Under the pieces are notes generated by a model that did no database searches, was not told the origin of the DNA, and saw only the letters and a program-made list of their open reading frames with translations. DNA of 64,000 nucleotides, taken from NCBI GenBank assembly GCA_034677965.1, contig JAXDCM010000043.1, positions 58,440 through 122,439 on the forward strand, read 5' to 3'. Of this stretch, positions 10,004-24,820 are shown piece after piece. This DNA comes from Syntrophales bacterium (GTDB lineage: Bacteria; Desulfobacterota; Syntrophia; Syntrophales; UBA5619). A program made the position numbers and the translations under genes. Each line of letters opens with the position of its first letter. Position 1 is the first letter of the stretch.

Positions 10004-11197
10004 CTATTCGATGATCTTGCTCACCACACCGGAGCCGACCGTACGACCCCCTTCGCGAATGGCGAACCGGAGCTTTTCCTCCATGGCAATCGGCGTGATC
10101 AGGGTCACTTCCATCTCTACATTGTCTCCGGGCATGACCATCTCCACCCCTTCGGGCAGGTTGGCGACACCCGTCACGTCCGTGGTCCGGAAATAGAACT
10201 GGGGGCGATAACCGTTGAAGAAGGGGGTATGACGCCCGCCTTCCTCTTTGGTGAGGACATAAACCTGGGCCTTGAATTTCGTATGCGGGGTAATCGAACC
10301 CGGCTTGGCGACAACCTGTCCTCTCTCTACCTCCTCCCGCTTCGTACCGCGGAGCAAAACGCCGATGTCGTCGCCCGCCCGCCCCTCATCCAGCGTCTTG
10401 CGGAACATTTCGACTCCGGTGCACACGGTCTTGAAGGTCGGCCGGATCCCGATGATCTCGACTTCATCGCCCGTCTTGACGATCCCGCGGTCCACGCGGC
10501 CCGTCACAACCGTGCCTCGGCCGGAGATCGTGAAGACGTCGCCGACCGGCATCAGGAACGGTTTCTCGGTGTCGCGTTTGGGCAGGGGAACATAATTGTC
10601 GACCGCCGCCATCAGATCCCAGACGGACTTCGCGTCAGGCGAATTGGGGTCGTCCGTCTCGAGGGCCTTCAACGCCGAACCGCGGATGATCGGGATGTCG
10701 GCGCCCGGAAATTCATATGCCGTCAGCAGCTCCCGCAGCTCCAGTTCGACCAGATCCAGAAGCTCCGGATCATCCACAAGGTCAATTTTATTCAAATAAA
10801 CGACGACGTAGGGAACCTGAACCTGACGCGCCAGAAGAATGTGTTCCCGCGTCTGAGGCATCGGACCGTCGGAGGCTGCCACAACCAGAATGGTACCATC
10901 CATATGCGCGGCGCCGGAAATCATGTTTTTGATGTAGTCGGCATGGCCCGGGCAATCCACATGGGCGTAATGACGCGTTTCCGTTTCATACTCCACATGC
11001 GAGATATTGATGGTGACCCCTCTTTCCTTTTCTTCCGGTGCATTGTCGATGGAATCAAAAGGTCTGAATTCGGCGAATCCCTTGGAGGCCAAGTGTTTTG
11101 TGATTGCGGCCGTCAACGTGGTCTTCCCGTGATCAACGTGACCGATCGTGCCGATGTTCAGGTGCGGCTTCGTCCTCTCAAATTTCTTCTTAGCCAT
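10004..11197 (-). CDS. tuf: Elongation factor Tu
   Basis: 397-aa ORF with [14 protein letters not shown] and NKID G-motifs and strong AAGGAGG SD. Confidence 0.98.
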   Translation of the reverse strand: MAKKKFERTKPHLNIGTIGHVDHGKTTLTAAITKHLASKGFAEFRPFDSIDNAPEEKERGVTINISHVEYETETRHYAHVDCPGHADYIKNMISGAAHMDGTILVVAASDGPMPQTREHILLARQVQVPYVVVYLNKIDLVDDPELLDLVELELRELLTAYEFPGADIPIIRGSALKALETDDPNSPDAKSVWDLMAAVDNYVPLPKRDTEKPFLMPVGDVFTISGRGTVVTGRVDRGIVKTGDEVEIIGIRPTFKTVCTGVEMFRKTLDEGRAGDDIGVLLRGTKREEVERGQVVAKPGSITPHTKFKAQVYVLTKEEGGRHTPFFNGYRPQFYFRTTDVTGVANLPEGVEMVMPGDNVEMEVTLITPIAMEEKLRFAIREGGRTVGSGVVSKIIE

Positions 11198-11278
11198 CTC
11201 AAACCTCCTTACACATTAAATGGTTCGTTTGTTTTCAACTCCGCTGAATCCGGTCCGTTTCTCAATAAAGAGTTCTCA

Positions 11279-11749
11279 TTAGAACCGATAATGGGCGAAT
11301 GCCTTGTTCGCTTCGGCCATTTTATGGACGGCCTCTCTCTTCTTGATCGCGCCGCCCCGGTTGTTTGCCGCATCGATCAGTTCCGCGGCCAGTTTCTCGC
11401 GCATGGTTTTTTCCGAACGCTCCCGCGCATGCGTGATCAGCCAGCGGATACCGAGGGCCACACGCCGCGAAGGAATCACCTCCGTCGGAACCTGATAGGT
11501 CGAACCGCCGACCCGCCGGGATTTGACCTCGATCACCGGCTTGACGTTGTTCACGGCTTTTTCAAAAATGTCGACCGGGGATTCTTTGGCCCGGTCCTGG
11601 ATGATGTCGAAGGCCCCGTAGAGGATGGACTCCGCGACACTCTTCTTTCCCCGCTTCAGGAGGCTGTTGACGAACCTCGCCACCAGCCGGTTATTGTACT
11701 TCGGATCCGGCAGGATCTCTCTTTTGGTAACCTCTCTTCTCCTCGGCAT
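11279..11749 (-). CDS. rpsG: 30S ribosomal protein S7
   Basis: 156 aa from ATG 11749 ([20 protein letters not shown]...AFAHYRF). The track ORF over-extends into rpsL. Confidence 0.95.
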   Translation of the reverse strand: MPRRREVTKREILPDPKYNNRLVARFVNSLLKRGKKSVAESILYGAFDIIQDRAKESPVDIFEKAVNNVKPVIEVKSRRVGGSTYQVPTEVIPSRRVALGIRWLITHARERSEKTMREKLAAELIDAANNRGGAIKKREAVHKMAEANKAFAHYRF

Positions 11750-11762
11750 TTTCGATCCCCGC

Positions 11763-12134
11763 TTAGCTCGGTCGTTTGGCCCCGTATTTGGACCTTCCCT
11801 GCTTCCTGTCCTGAACGCCAACGGCATCCAGTGTCCCCCGGATGATGTGGTAGCGCACGCCGGGCAGGTCCTTCACTCGGCCTCCGCGAACCAGAACGAC
11901 CGAATGCTCCTGAAGGTTGTGTCCTACCCCGGGGATATACGATGTAACCTCGTAACCGCTCGTCAGCCGCACCCTGGCCACTTTTCTCAAGGCTGAATTC
12001 GGCTTCTTGGGTGTGGATGTGTATACCCGGACACAGACTCCTCGACGCTGCGGCGAACTCGCCAGCGCAGGTGTCGCAGCCTTGCCGGCGATCTTCGCCC
12101 TGCCCTTTCTAACCAACTGATTTATCGTAGGCAT
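11763..12134 (-). CDS. rpsL: 30S ribosomal protein S12
   Basis: 123-aa [15 protein letters not shown]... Confidence 0.97.
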   Translation of the reverse strand: MPTINQLVRKGRAKIAGKAATPALASSPQRRGVCVRVYTSTPKKPNSALRKVARVRLTSGYEVTSYIPGVGHNLQEHSVVLVRGGRVKDLPGVRYHIIRGTLDAVGVQDRKQGRSKYGAKRPS

Positions 12135-12196
12135 TGCCCCTCCCAGCCTTTATGGATTCGTCGTTTTTTCTGGTCCAACAAAAGGTGATCTGTCTA

Positions 12197-16363
<4,167 letters not shown>

Positions 16364-16385
16364 GGATGATCTCTCCTAAATTTCT

Positions 16386-19300
16386 CTATTCTTCTTCGAC
16401 CAGTTCCACGTCGAGGCAGAGGCTTTGAAGTTCCTTCACCAACACGTTGAAGGACTCGGGCAACCCCGGTTCCGATGTGTGCTCTCCCTTGACAATGGCC
16501 TCATACATCCTCGTCCTCCCGGTCACATCGTCGGACTTGACCGTCAGGAACTCCTGGAGTGCGTAAGCGGCTCCGTAAGCCTCCATGGCCCATACTTCCA
16601 TTTCTCCCAATCTCTGCCCCCCGAACTGCGCCTTACCGCCCAAGGGCTGCTGGGTCACCAGGGAGTAAGGGCCGATCGACCGAGCATGGATCTTGTTGTC
16701 CACCAGATGGTGAAGCTTCAGCATGTAGATCATCCCCACGGTGACTTCCTGGTCGAACGGTTCCCCGGTTCTCCCGTCATACAGGACGGCCTGACCGGTT
16801 TCCGGAAGGCCGCCCGATTTCAACATGTCTTTGATCTCGCTTTCGTCCGCACCGTCGAAAACCGGCGTGGTGACCTTGATGCCCCTCTTCAGACGACCGG
16901 CAAATCGCCGGATTTCATCCTCGCTGGCCCCGTTCAGGAAGCGGTTCACTTCCGGGGAGGAATAGATCGACCTTAATTCTCTTCTCAGCCTGTCCAATCC
17001 GCAATTTTTCTCGACCAGGTCGTTGATCTTTTCTCCCATCCCTTTGGCCGCCCAGCCCAGATGCGTTTCCAGGATCTGGCCCACATTCATCCGGGAGGGA
17101 ACGCCCAATGGATTGAGGATGATGTCCACCGGCGTTCCATCCTTGAAATAGGGCATGTCCTCCTCGGGAAGTATTCGGGACAGAACGCCTTTGTTTCCGT
17201 GACGGCCGGCCATCTTGTCCCCTACGGACAGCTTCCTTTTGATCGCGATGTACACCTTGACCAGCTTGATCACGCCCGGGGGGAGCTCATCTCCGGCCTT
17301 CAATTTCTCGATCTTCTCCGCGAAATAGGCCTCGACAAACTCCTTCTTCCGGGAAAGATTTTCATACAGCACGCCAATCCGGTTCTCCGTCTCCTCATCG
17401 GCGACAAGGGAAATCTCCCGCCAGAGATCAAAGGGCATCGCGTCCAGAACCTCCTGGGTGATGACCTCGCCTTTCTTCAGCAGAATCCTCTTCTTCTTTG
17501 GGTCGGAAACCTTCACCGCCGATGTCTTTCCGATCAGCATGGCGGCGATCTGCATCTTCACCCCGTCGGTGATGATCTGAATCTCATCGTCCCGGTCCTT
17601 GTTCAAAAGGGAAACAGCCTCATCTTCGATATACTGGGAACGGCTGTCCCTTTCGGTCCCCTTGCGCGTAAAAATCTTTGCATCGATCACGGTGCCTTCG
17701 ACGCCGGGAGGAACACGCAGGGAGGTGTCCCGGACATCACTGGCCTTTTCTCCGAAGATCGCTCTGAGAAGTTTTTCCTCCGAGGAGAGCTGCGTTTCAC
17801 CCTTGGGGGTGATCTTTCCGATGAGGATGTCCCCCGGCTTCACCGCCACGCCCATGCGGACGATGCCGCTGTCATCCAGATTTCTCAGCGCCTCTTCTCC
17901 CAGATTGGGGATATCCCGCGTAATCTCTTCCTTGCCGAGCTTCGTATCCCGCGCCATCGTCTCAAATTCCTCGATATGAATCGAGGTATAGACATCCTCC
18001 TTGACAATCCGCTCGCTGACCAGGATCGAATCCTCGTAGTTGTATCCCCCCCAGGACATAAAGGCGACCATCACGTTCCTCCCCAGAGCCAGCTCTCCCT
18101 TGTCCGTTGCCGGTCCGTCCGCAATGATCTCTCCCTTGCTCACCTTCTGACCCTTGTCGACAATCGGTTTCTGGTTAAAGCAGGTGTCCTGATTGGAGCG
18201 TTGGTACTTGATCAGATTGTAGATATCGACACCGGTGTCCAGTCCTTCTTTTTCCGGCGAGTCACACTTGATTACGATCCGCGCGGCATCCACGCTTTCC
18301 ACCGCGCCTGCCCTTCGCGCGGTGACCACCGCTCCGGAATCCCGCGCGACAACGGATTCCATCCCCGTTCCCACCAGCGGCATTTCGGGCTTCATCAGAG
18401 GAACCGCCTGTCGCTGCATGTTGGAGCCCATCAGAGCCCGGTTGGCGTCATCATGCTCCAGAAAAGGGATGAGGGTCGCCGCAATACTGACCAGCTGATT
18501 GGGAGAGACATCCATCATATTGACGTCCGTCGGCAAAACGGAGAGAAAATCGCCGCCTTTTCTCGCGGATATCAACCCCCCGACAAACTTTCCATCCTTG
18601 TCGAGCGGCCTGTCGGCCTGGGCGATGATCAGGTTCTCCTCTTCGATGGCCGTCAGGTATCGCACCTCGTCGAGTACGCGGCCCCCTTTGACCATGCGGT
18701 AGGGTGTTTCGATGAAACCGAATTCATTCACCCGGGCGAAGGTGCTGAGGGAGACAATCAATCCGATGTTCGGACCCTCCGGGGTTTCAACGGGGCAGAT
18801 TCGGCCGTAGTGTGTGGGATGGACATCACGGACCTCGAAACCCGCCCGCTCTCGCGTCAGTCCCCCGGGGCCAAGAGCCGACAATCTCCTTTTGTGCGTA
18901 ATCTCGGACAGCGGATTCGTCTGATCCATGAACTGAGAAAGTTGGCTGCTGCCGAAGAATTCATTCACCACGGCCGAAACGGGCTTTGCATTGATGAGAT
19001 CGTGGGGCATCATGGTTTCGATGTCCTGCAGGCTCATCTTCTCCTTGATGGCGCGTTCCATACGCACCAGACCGATCCGGTACTGATTCTCGATCAATTC
19101 CCCTACGGAACGGACCCTGCGATTGCCCAGATGGTCAATGTCGTCCACGCTGCATTCAGGAACGCCGTTTTTCAGGTCGATCAGATACTTGACCGCTGCC
19201 AGGATGTCTTCGTTACGCAATACCGTCATGCTCGTCGGAACGTCCAGCCGCAACTTGTAATTCATCTTCGCGCGGCCCACGTTGGAAAGATCATAGCTGT

Positions 19301-20474
19301 CCGGCTCGAAAAAGAGGCTGTTGAAGAATTTATGCGCGGTCTCCGGCGTGGGAGGGTTGCTGGGCCTCAGGCGCCTGTATATTTCGATGATCGCATCCTC
19401 AGCCGTCTCGATCCGGTCCATCAGAAGGGTATCCCGAATCGAGGCATTCTCCCGATCCTCATCGATGTGGATGAATTGGAACGAAACGATTTTTCTTTCC
19501 CGGAGCAGATGGATCTTTTCCTCCGTCAACTCCTCATTACAGCGAATCAGAATCTCGCCGGTCTTTGGATCAAGCACATCGGAAGAAATGATCCTGCCGA
19601 CGATATTCTCATCACTGACCGGAATCCGGGTAATCGAGGAATCGATCATCTTTTTCAACAGAGGTTTCGAGATTTTCCGCCCCTTTTTGACAATGACCTC
19701 CCCTGACTTCGTCTGCACGTCCTCCGGGGCCTTCTCGCCGACCAGAGAGTCGTTCACGGCCATGTAGAAACGACCGTCCTTCAGAAGAACCTGTTCGATG
19801 CTGTAAAAGTAATTCAGGATGAACTGCGTGGAATTTCCCATCGCCTTCAGCAGAATCGTGACCGGCATCTTCCGCCGGCGGTCGATTCTGACATAGAGAA
19901 GATCCTTGGAATCGAATTCGAGATCCAGCCACGACCCGCGGATCGGGATGACCCGCGCCGAATAGATCAGTTTGCCGCTGGCAAGGGTTTTCCCCTTGTC
20001 ATGGTCAAAAAAGATCCCCGGCGAACGGTGAAGCTGACTGACGATCACCCTCTCTGTTCCGTTGACGATGAAGGTCCCGTTGTCGGTCATCAGCGGAATC
20101 TCGCCGAAATAGATCTCCTGTTCTTTGATGTCCCGGATGGGTCTGGGCTCTGCATTTCGCTCCGTATCAAAAACAACCAGTCGAACCACGATTTTCAGCG
20201 GGGCCGCAAACGTCATTCCCTTCTGAACGCACTCCTGCATGTCGTACCGGGCAGTCCCGATCTTGTAACTAACGAACTCAAGAGAACATTTCCCGCTGAA
20301 ATCGGAAATGGGGAAGACGCTGTTAAAAGCGCCCTGGAGACCGCAGTTCCCCCGTTTGTCGGGATCGATATCCTGCTGAAGAAACTTTCGATAGGAATCG
20401 GTCTGGATATCGATCAGATTGGGAATATCCAGTATCCTTCGGATACGTCCAAAATTCTTTCTAAATTCGCCCAT
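16386..20474 (-). CDS. rpoB: DNA-directed RNA polymerase subunit beta
   Basis: 1362 aa from ATG 20474 (AAGGA SD). TTG 20504 is the track start. Conserved [24 protein letters not shown] near the C-terminus. Confidence 0.98.
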   Translation of the reverse strand: MGEFRKNFGRIRRILDIPNLIDIQTDSYRKFLQQDIDPDKRGNCGLQGAFNSVFPISDFSGKCSLEFVSYKIGTARYDMQECVQKGMTFAAPLKIVVRLVVFDTERNAEPRPIRDIKEQEIYFGEIPLMTDNGTFIVNGTERVIVSQLHRSPGIFFDHDKGKTLASGKLIYSARVIPIRGSWLDLEFDSKDLLYVRIDRRRKMPVTILLKAMGNSTQFILNYFYSIEQVLLKDGRFYMAVNDSLVGEKAPEDVQTKSGEVIVKKGRKISKPLLKKMIDSSITRIPVSDENIVGRIISSDVLDPKTGEILIRCNEELTEEKIHLLRERKIVSFQFIHIDEDRENASIRDTLLMDRIETAEDAIIEIYRRLRPSNPPTPETAHKFFNSLFFEPDSYDLSNVGRAKMNYKLRLDVPTSMTVLRNEDILAAVKYLIDLKNGVPECSVDDIDHLGNRRVRSVGELIENQYRIGLVRMERAIKEKMSLQDIETMMPHDLINAKPVSAVVNEFFGSSQLSQFMDQTNPLSEITHKRRLSALGPGGLTRERAGFEVRDVHPTHYGRICPVETPEGPNIGLIVSLSTFARVNEFGFIETPYRMVKGGRVLDEVRYLTAIEEENLIIAQADRPLDKDGKFVGGLISARKGGDFLSVLPTDVNMMDVSPNQLVSIAATLIPFLEHDDANRALMGSNMQRQAVPLMKPEMPLVGTGMESVVARDSGAVVTARRAGAVESVDAARIVIKCDSPEKEGLDTGVDIYNLIKYQRSNQDTCFNQKPIVDKGQKVSKGEIIADGPATDKGELALGRNVMVAFMSWGGYNYEDSILVSERIVKEDVYTSIHIEEFETMARDTKLGKEEITRDIPNLGEEALRNLDDSGIVRMGVAVKPGDILIGKITPKGETQLSSEEKLLRAIFGEKASDVRDTSLRVPPGVEGTVIDAKIFTRKGTERDSRSQYIEDEAVSLLNKDRDDEIQIITDGVKMQIAAMLIGKTSAVKVSDPKKKRILLKKGEVITQEVLDAMPFDLWREISLVADEETENRIGVLYENLSRKKEFVEAYFAEKIEKLKAGDELPPGVIKLVKVYIAIKRKLSVGDKMAGRHGNKGVLSRILPEEDMPYFKDGTPVDIILNPLGVPSRMNVGQILETHLGWAAKGMGEKINDLVEKNCGLDRLRRELRSIYSSPEVNRFLNGASEDEIRRFAGRLKRGIKVTTPVFDGADESEIKDMLKSGGLPETGQAVLYDGRTGEPFDQEVTVGMIYMLKLHHLVDNKIHARSIGPYSLVTQQPLGGKAQFGGQRLGEMEVWAMEAYGAAYALQEFLTVKSDDVTGRTRMYEAIVKGEHTSEPGLPESFNVLVKELQSLCLDVELVEEE

Positions 20475-20534
20475 AGAATCCTTATTGCCTTGCGCTATCG
20501 GCAATCTCCATTTTCCCCGACAACCATAGAGAAA

Positions 20535-20598
20535 AGAACCCCCTTCAACTTGTCTTTCTGCAACTTCGTGCAGACAACCTGTTGCATGTCGGGGTTCT
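20535..20598 (-). promoter_or_regulatory. Putative rplL-rpoB attenuator hairpin
   Basis: On the mRNA strand AGAACCCC (complement of 20591-20598) pairs with GGGGTTCT (complement of 20535-20542). The pairing encloses a further GCAAC/GTTGC stem and is followed by TTTCTCT. The location matches the known attenuator between rplL and rpoB in E. coli. Confidence 0.35.
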
Positions 20599-20629
20599 GT
20601 CCGTGACCGTTTTTTCAGGCGTCCCTGTC

Positions 20630-21013
20630 TTACTTGATTTGAACTGTGCCACCCACCTCTTCGATCTTCTTCTTGATATCGGCAGCCTCATCCTTGGAGA
20701 CGGCCTCCTTAATCGGTTTCGGAACACCGTCCACCAGATCCTTCGCTTCCTTGAGACCCAGACCCGTAATGGCCCGGACCACCTTGATCACCTGGATCTT
20801 CTGATCCCCGAATCCCGTAAGGATGGCATCAAACTCGGCCTTTTCCTCGGCCTGAGCCGTCTGGGCGGGTCCGGCCGCCGCCGCTATGGCCACCGGCGCC
20901 GCCGCGCTTACGCCGAATTTCTGCTCCAACTCTTTTACCAGCTCCGAAAGTTCAAGAACCGTCATCCCTTCAATGAACTTTACGACATCCTCTTTGGTCA
21001 TCTCTTTTGTCAT
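20630..21013 (-). CDS. rplL: 50S ribosomal protein L7/L12
   Basis: 127 aa from ATG 21013 with purine-rich SD. Ala-rich hinge and [20 protein letters not shown]. Confidence 0.95.
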   Translation of the reverse strand: MTKEMTKEDVVKFIEGMTVLELSELVKELEQKFGVSAAAPVAIAAAAGPAQTAQAEEKAEFDAILTGFGDQKIQVIKVVRAITGLGLKEAKDLVDGVPKPIKEAVSKDEAADIKKKIEEVGGTVQIK

Positions 21014-21041
21014 TGTTCTCTTCCCTTCCTGTATGTAATTT

Positions 21042-21566
21042 TTAATTGGCTGAAGCCTTTTTTTCCCGATACGCATCGAGAACCCGCACAAAATTCCTCG
21101 GCACTCCGCTCAGGACATTGACGAGCGAGGTCTGTATCCCGACCATCAGGGAAAGCAGCTTCCCGATCAGGACCTCTCGACTCGGCAACTCGGCAAGAAT
21201 CACAAGCTGTTCCTTGCTCAGAGATTTGCCGCCCATCACGGCTGCCTTGATTTCAAGGTTGGCATTCTTCCTGGCAAAATCGACCAGCGCTTTGGTGGTC
21301 TCGACCACATCGCCGCGGGCAATGGCTATCGCCAGCGGACCCCGGAAATGATCTTCCAGCAAACCAAAATCCGTCTCACGGGACGCGATGGAGAGAAGCG
21401 TGTTCTTGACCACCCTGAGTTCCGCATCGGATTTGCGCAGAGCCGCCCTCAGCGCCGTCATCTTCGCCACATCCATTCCGCTGTAGCCGGCCAGAACCGC
21501 CAATTTGAAATCCTTGAGTTTTTCGTGAAGTTCAGCAGCGACCTGCTCTTTTGTTCTCCGATCCAA
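21042..21566 (-). CDS. rplJ: 50S ribosomal protein L10
   Basis: 174-aa ORF directly upstream of rplL. Confidence 0.94.
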   Translation of the reverse strand: MDRRTKEQVAAELHEKLKDFKLAVLAGYSGMDVAKMTALRAALRKSDAELRVVKNTLLSIASRETDFGLLEDHFRGPLAIAIARGDVVETTKALVDFARKNANLEIKAAVMGGKSLSKEQLVILAELPSREVLIGKLLSLMVGIQTSLVNVLSGVPRNFVRVLDAYREKKASAN

Positions 21567-21777
21567 TAGTGACCTCCTTTCCCATCAGATTCGTTCTTCC
21601 CGCCATCGGAAAAGAACTGAATGAAAACGTCAGAGAACAGAGCAACATACAGGACATTTTCCCCGGTCTTTCGGACCGCTTATCCCAGTCTCGGCAGGCC
21701 GCTTTCTTCGTTTAAACTTCCTGTACCTGCTGTCTCAGACCCGTTTTCAGTTTCCCTTGGCCCCGCAGGGCCAAAAG
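21567..21777 (-). promoter_or_regulatory. rplJ leader region (expected L10/L12 autoregulatory leader)
   Basis: 211-nt untranslated spacer between rplA and rplJ. It contains several stem-loops on the mRNA strand (TTGGCCC-TGCG-GGGCCAA just after the rplA stop, and CGGTC-CGAAA-GACCG). Assigned by position only; no motif was verified. Confidence 0.35.
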
Positions 21778-22476
21778 TTATATGCTCCGCACGGCAAGGG
21801 GATCCACCTTTGCCCCGGGTCCCATGACCGTCGAGAGGCAAAGGCTCCGGACATAGATGCCTTTGCTCGATGCAGGTTTGAGCTTGATGATCATCTCCAA
21901 GAGGGCCAGAAAATTTTCCATCAATTTTTCGACGCCAAAAGAAACCTTGCCGATGGGACAATGGACGATCCCCGCTTTTTCCACGCGGAACTCGACCTTT
22001 CCGGCTTTGAGCTCCCGAACGGCTTTCCCCACATCAAACGTGACCGTCCCCACCTTCGGGTTCGGCATCAGTCCGCGGGGACCCAGAATCTTGCCCAGCT
22101 TGCCCACGCTGCCCATCATATCCGGCGTGGCGACAACCCGATCAAACTCAAACCATCCTCCTTTGATCTTTTCCACCACATCATCCGATCCCACAGCGTC
22201 GGCTCCCGCCTCCAGGGCCTCCTTCTCCTTTTCACCCTTGGCAAAGACCAGCACACGGACGGATTTCCCAAGCCCGTGCGGGAGGGCCACAGATCCCCGC
22301 ACCATCTGGTCGGCATGCGCGGGATTCACCCCGAGTCGGATCGCGGCATCGACCGTTTCATCGAACTTCGCCCCGGCTGTCGAGACGACCAGCGTGACCG
22401 CCTCCTGGACGGAATACCGTTTTCCAGCCTCGATCTTTTTCCTCGCCTCAATGTACCTCTTGCCTCTTTTGGACAT
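21778..22476 (-). CDS. rplA: 50S ribosomal protein L1
   Basis: 232 aa from ATG 22476 ([27 protein letters not shown]...). Confidence 0.95.
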   Translation of the reverse strand: MSKRGKRYIEARKKIEAGKRYSVQEAVTLVVSTAGAKFDETVDAAIRLGVNPAHADQMVRGSVALPHGLGKSVRVLVFAKGEKEKEALEAGADAVGSDDVVEKIKGGWFEFDRVVATPDMMGSVGKLGKILGPRGLMPNPKVGTVTFDVGKAVRELKAGKVEFRVEKAGIVHCPIGKVSFGVEKLMENFLALLEMIIKLKPASSKGIYVRSLCLSTVMGPGAKVDPLAVRSI

Positions 22477-22590
22477 GATCAAAACCTCAAATCGAACCCC
22501 GCTTCCGGGAACGGGGAATCCTTCGCAATCTTCCGGTTCAGACGCCCGGCGGCTCATCACCCGGTTTCCCGCCGAAAGCGCCCCGAACGA

Positions 22591-23016
22591 TCAACCCGAT
22601 ATCTCAATCCCCATGGAGCGCGCTGTCCCTTCAACAATCCGGACCGCGCCGTCAATGTCCACGGCATTCAGGTCGTTGTATTTCAACTCGGCAATTTCTC
22701 GAACCTGTTTGGTCGTGACAGCGCCGACTTTATCCCGTTTCGGATCGCCCGAACCCTTGGCAATCTTGGCCGCTTGCTTCAGCAGCACGGATGCCGGCGG
22801 CGTTTTGGTCACGAAGGTAAAGGAACGGTCCGCATAGACCGTGATCACAACCGGGATGACCATCCCTTCCTGGTTCTGCGTCATGGCGTTGTATGCCTTG
22901 CAAAATTCCATGATGTTGACGCCGTGCTGGCCCAGAGCAGGACCGATCGGCGGAGAAGGGGTTGCCTTGCCCGCCTTGATCTGAAGTTTAATGTTCGCGA
23001 TAACCTTCTTAGCCAT
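22591..23016 (-). CDS. rplK: 50S ribosomal protein L11
   Basis: 141 aa from ATG 23016 ([40 protein letters not shown]). Confidence 0.96.
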   Translation of the reverse strand: MAKKVIANIKLQIKAGKATPSPPIGPALGQHGVNIMEFCKAYNAMTQNQEGMVIPVVITVYADRSFTFVTKTPPASVLLKQAAKIAKGSGDPKRDKVGAVTTKQVREIAELKYNDLNAVDIDGAVRIVEGTARSMGIEISG

Positions 23017-23103
23017 TTGGATCACCCTGTTTTCATCTGAATTGGATTAACCGCCCGGCCAAGACCGGATGCGAATATTTGCCGGCCGGGTCGCTTTTCC
23101 TGT

Positions 23104-23634
23104 TTACGTCTGCACAACCTGAATGAAATCCAGTTCCACCGGTGTCGAGCGTCCGAAAATGCTCACAATAACGCGCAATTTCCCTTTCTCCGGTTTTACC
23201 TCGTCGACGCTTCCGTCAAAATTGGTGAAGGGACCGTCGATGATCCGAACATGATCGCCCACATCAAATTTGAATTTCGGTTTGGGTTTGAGAGTCCCCT
23301 CGTCGATCCGGGTCCGGAGATTTTCCACGTCCTTATCGGGAATCGGCGAAGGCTTGTCCTTGCTGCCGATGAATCCCGTCACCTTGGGGGTGTCCTTCAC
23401 AATGTGCCAGGTATCATCGTTCATCTCCATCCGGACCAGGATGTACCCCGGGAAAAACTTCCGCTTCGACGTCTTTTTCTCGCCAGAAACCAATTCGACG
23501 ATGTCCTCTTCCGGGATCAGGATATCCGAGAAAAAGGCTTGTTTCCCAGCCGCTTCAATCCGCTCTTGCAGAGAGAGCTTCACACGGTTTTCGAAGCCGG
23601 AATAGGTATGAACGACGTACCACCTAAAAGCCAT
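23104..23634 (-). CDS. nusG: Transcription termination/antitermination factor NusG
   Basis: 176-aa ORF with NGN domain plus KOW ([21 protein letters not shown]). Confidence 0.96.
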   Translation of the reverse strand: MAFRWYVVHTYSGFENRVKLSLQERIEAAGKQAFFSDILIPEEDIVELVSGEKKTSKRKFFPGYILVRMEMNDDTWHIVKDTPKVTGFIGSKDKPSPIPDKDVENLRTRIDEGTLKPKPKFKFDVGDHVRIIDGPFTNFDGSVDEVKPEKGKLRVIVSIFGRSTPVELDFIQVVQT

Positions 23635-23638
23635 AATC

Positions 23639-23842
23639 TTAACCCAGCAACAGCTTGATGATTTTGGTCAGCCCGAAATCAACGATTCCGAGAAAACCGG
23701 ATACGATGATCACCACAATGATGACGACCGATGTGGAAGCAAGCGTCTGCTTTGGTGTCGGCCAAGTTACTTTTTTAAGCTCTACCTTGGAACCGGCCAG
23801 AAACTGTCTGACCTTCTCTATGATCACCTTGACCCTGTCCAT
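23639..23842 (-). CDS. secE: Preprotein translocase subunit SecE
   Basis: 67-aa ORF with a single C-terminal TM and KKVTWPT motif, 4 nt upstream of nusG. Confidence 0.9.
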   Translation of the reverse strand: MDRVKVIIEKVRQFLAGSKVELKKVTWPTPKQTLASTSVVIIVVIIVSGFLGIVDFGLTKIIKLLLG

Positions 23843-23888
23843 CCGGAAACCTCTGATTCCTTCATGCCCGATACCGCCGTATCAAAAA

Positions 23889-23965
23889 TGGCAGGCCAGG
23901 AGGGACTTGAACCCCCAGCATCCGGATTTGGAGTCCGGCGCTCTATCCATTAGAGCTACTGGCCT
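23889..23965 (-). tRNA. tRNA-Trp (anticodon CCA)
   Basis: Hand-folded cloverleaf AGGCCAG..CCGGA-CTCCAAA-TCCGG..GGTTCAAGTCC..CTGGCCTGCCA, 77 nt with encoded CCA. Confidence 0.93.
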
Positions 23966-23994
23966 GTCCGGTCGGGTAAGGTTGTCTTTCCCCC

Positions 23995-24144
23995 TTACTT
24001 CGTTTCCCTGTGAAGCTTATGGGACCGGCAGAATTTGCAGTATTTTTTCATCTCCAGCCGATTCTGCATGGTCCTTTTGTTCTTGGTCGTCGTGTAATTC
24101 CGTTGCTTGCAATCCGTACAGGCCAAGGTAATGATATTTCTCAT
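23995..24144 (-). CDS. rpmG: 50S ribosomal protein L33 (Cys4 zinc form)
   Basis: 49 aa from ATG 24144 ([49 protein letters not shown]). The 71-aa track ORF would run into the tRNA-Thr gene. Confidence 0.93.
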   Translation of the reverse strand: MRNIITLACTDCKQRNYTTTKNKRTMQNRLEMKKYCKFCRSHKLHRETK

Positions 24145-24165
24145 GATGAATGCACCTAACCTCAA

Positions 24166-24241
24166 TGGAGCCCACGACCAGGATCGAACTGGTGACCTCA
24201 TCCTTACCAAGGATGTGCTCTACCGACTGAGCTACGTGGGC
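24166..24241 (-). tRNA. tRNA-Thr (anticodon GGT)
   Basis: GCCCACGTAGCTCAGTCGGTAGAGCACATCC-TTGGTAA-GGATG...GTTCGATCC...GGGCTCCA, 76 nt. Confidence 0.93.
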
Positions 24242-24333
24242 TGGTTCCCTCTCTGCAATCGCCGCTTTTCCCGACACCGAATCAGAATCGGTTACACATC
24301 CTTGGGCACATACAGCCCCATTCCAAACAATAA

Positions 24334-24409
24334 TGGAGCGGGAAACGGGATTCGAACCCGCGACCCTCAGCTTGGAAGGCTGACGCTCTAGCCCCTGAGC
24401 TACTCCCGC
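24334..24409 (-). tRNA. tRNA-Gly (anticodon TCC)
   Basis: GCGGGAGTAGCTCAGGGGCTAGAGCGTCAGC-CTTCCAA-GCTGA...GGTTCGAATCC...CCCGCTCCA, 76 nt. Confidence 0.93.
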
Positions 24410-24460
24410 TTACGGACACTGCACCCTGACATTCCGGACACGGCATCCCGGCTGTCAGAA

Positions 24461-24545
24461 TGGTGGAGGGGGGAGGGTTCGAACCTCCGTAGGCTTCGCC
24501 GGCAGATTTACAGTCTGCTCCCTTTAACCACTCGGGAACCCCTCC
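24461..24545 (-). tRNA. tRNA-Tyr (anticodon GTA)
   Basis: GGAGGGGTTCCCGAGTGGTTAAAGGGAGCAGA-CTGTAAA-TCTGC plus long variable arm ...GGTTCGAACCC...CCTCCACCA, 85 nt. Confidence 0.93.
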
Positions 24546-24568
24546 ATGACGTTTTATGCGACAAATGC

Positions 24569-24644
24569 TGGAGCTGGCGATGGGACTTGAACCCGCAACC
24601 TGCTGATTACAAATCAGCTGCTCTACCGATTGAGCTACGCCAGC
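24569..24644 (-). tRNA. tRNA-Thr (anticodon TGT)
   Basis: GCTGGCGTAGCTCAATCGGTAGAGCAGCTGA-TTTGTAA-TCAGC...GGTTCAAGTCC...CCAGCTCCA, 76 nt. Confidence 0.93.
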
Positions 24645-24735
24645 ATGGCTAACCAGCTAATATAAAAGAGCAATCCATAGAAAAAGCGAAAAAAACAACC
24701 TGGACGAGAGGATCGCATTCTCCGTGAAACGAGGA

Positions 24736-24815
24736 ACACTAATTTTTATACTTTGGTTTGTCAAGATTTTTTTTGGTTTTTTTTGGTTTTCTTTGGTTTT
24801 CTTTAGTTTTTGGGT
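24736..24815 (-). promoter_or_regulatory. Putative tRNA/rpmG-secE operon promoter with five 10-bp-phased A-tracts upstream
   Basis: The reverse strand reads cccAAAAActaaagAAAAccaaagAAAAccAAAAAAAAccAAAAAAAAtc-TTGACA (-35 at 24759-24764). A 17-nt spacer follows, then TAGTGT (24736-24741). The element lies about 90 nt upstream of the first tRNA. Confidence 0.4.
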
Positions 24816-24820
24816 TCAGA

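Noticed and set aside
9596-11845. 749-aa plus-strand ORF, the longest unexplained ORF in the track
   Set aside because: It lies exactly antisense to rpsJ, tuf and rpsG, which have unmistakable translations. Its own product is low-complexity and R/G/P/H-rich with no recognisable motif. This is a typical shadow ORF of GC-rich, codon-biased genes.
24765-24815. T-rich 10-bp periodic repeat considered as a CRISPR array, minisatellite or small hydrophobic-peptide ORF (24724..24996)
   Set aside because: The units are only 10 bp with no spacers, so this is not a CRISPR array. The plus-strand ORFs are poly-Phe artefacts of the T-runs. It is better explained as phased A-tracts upstream of a -35 hexamer on the other strand.
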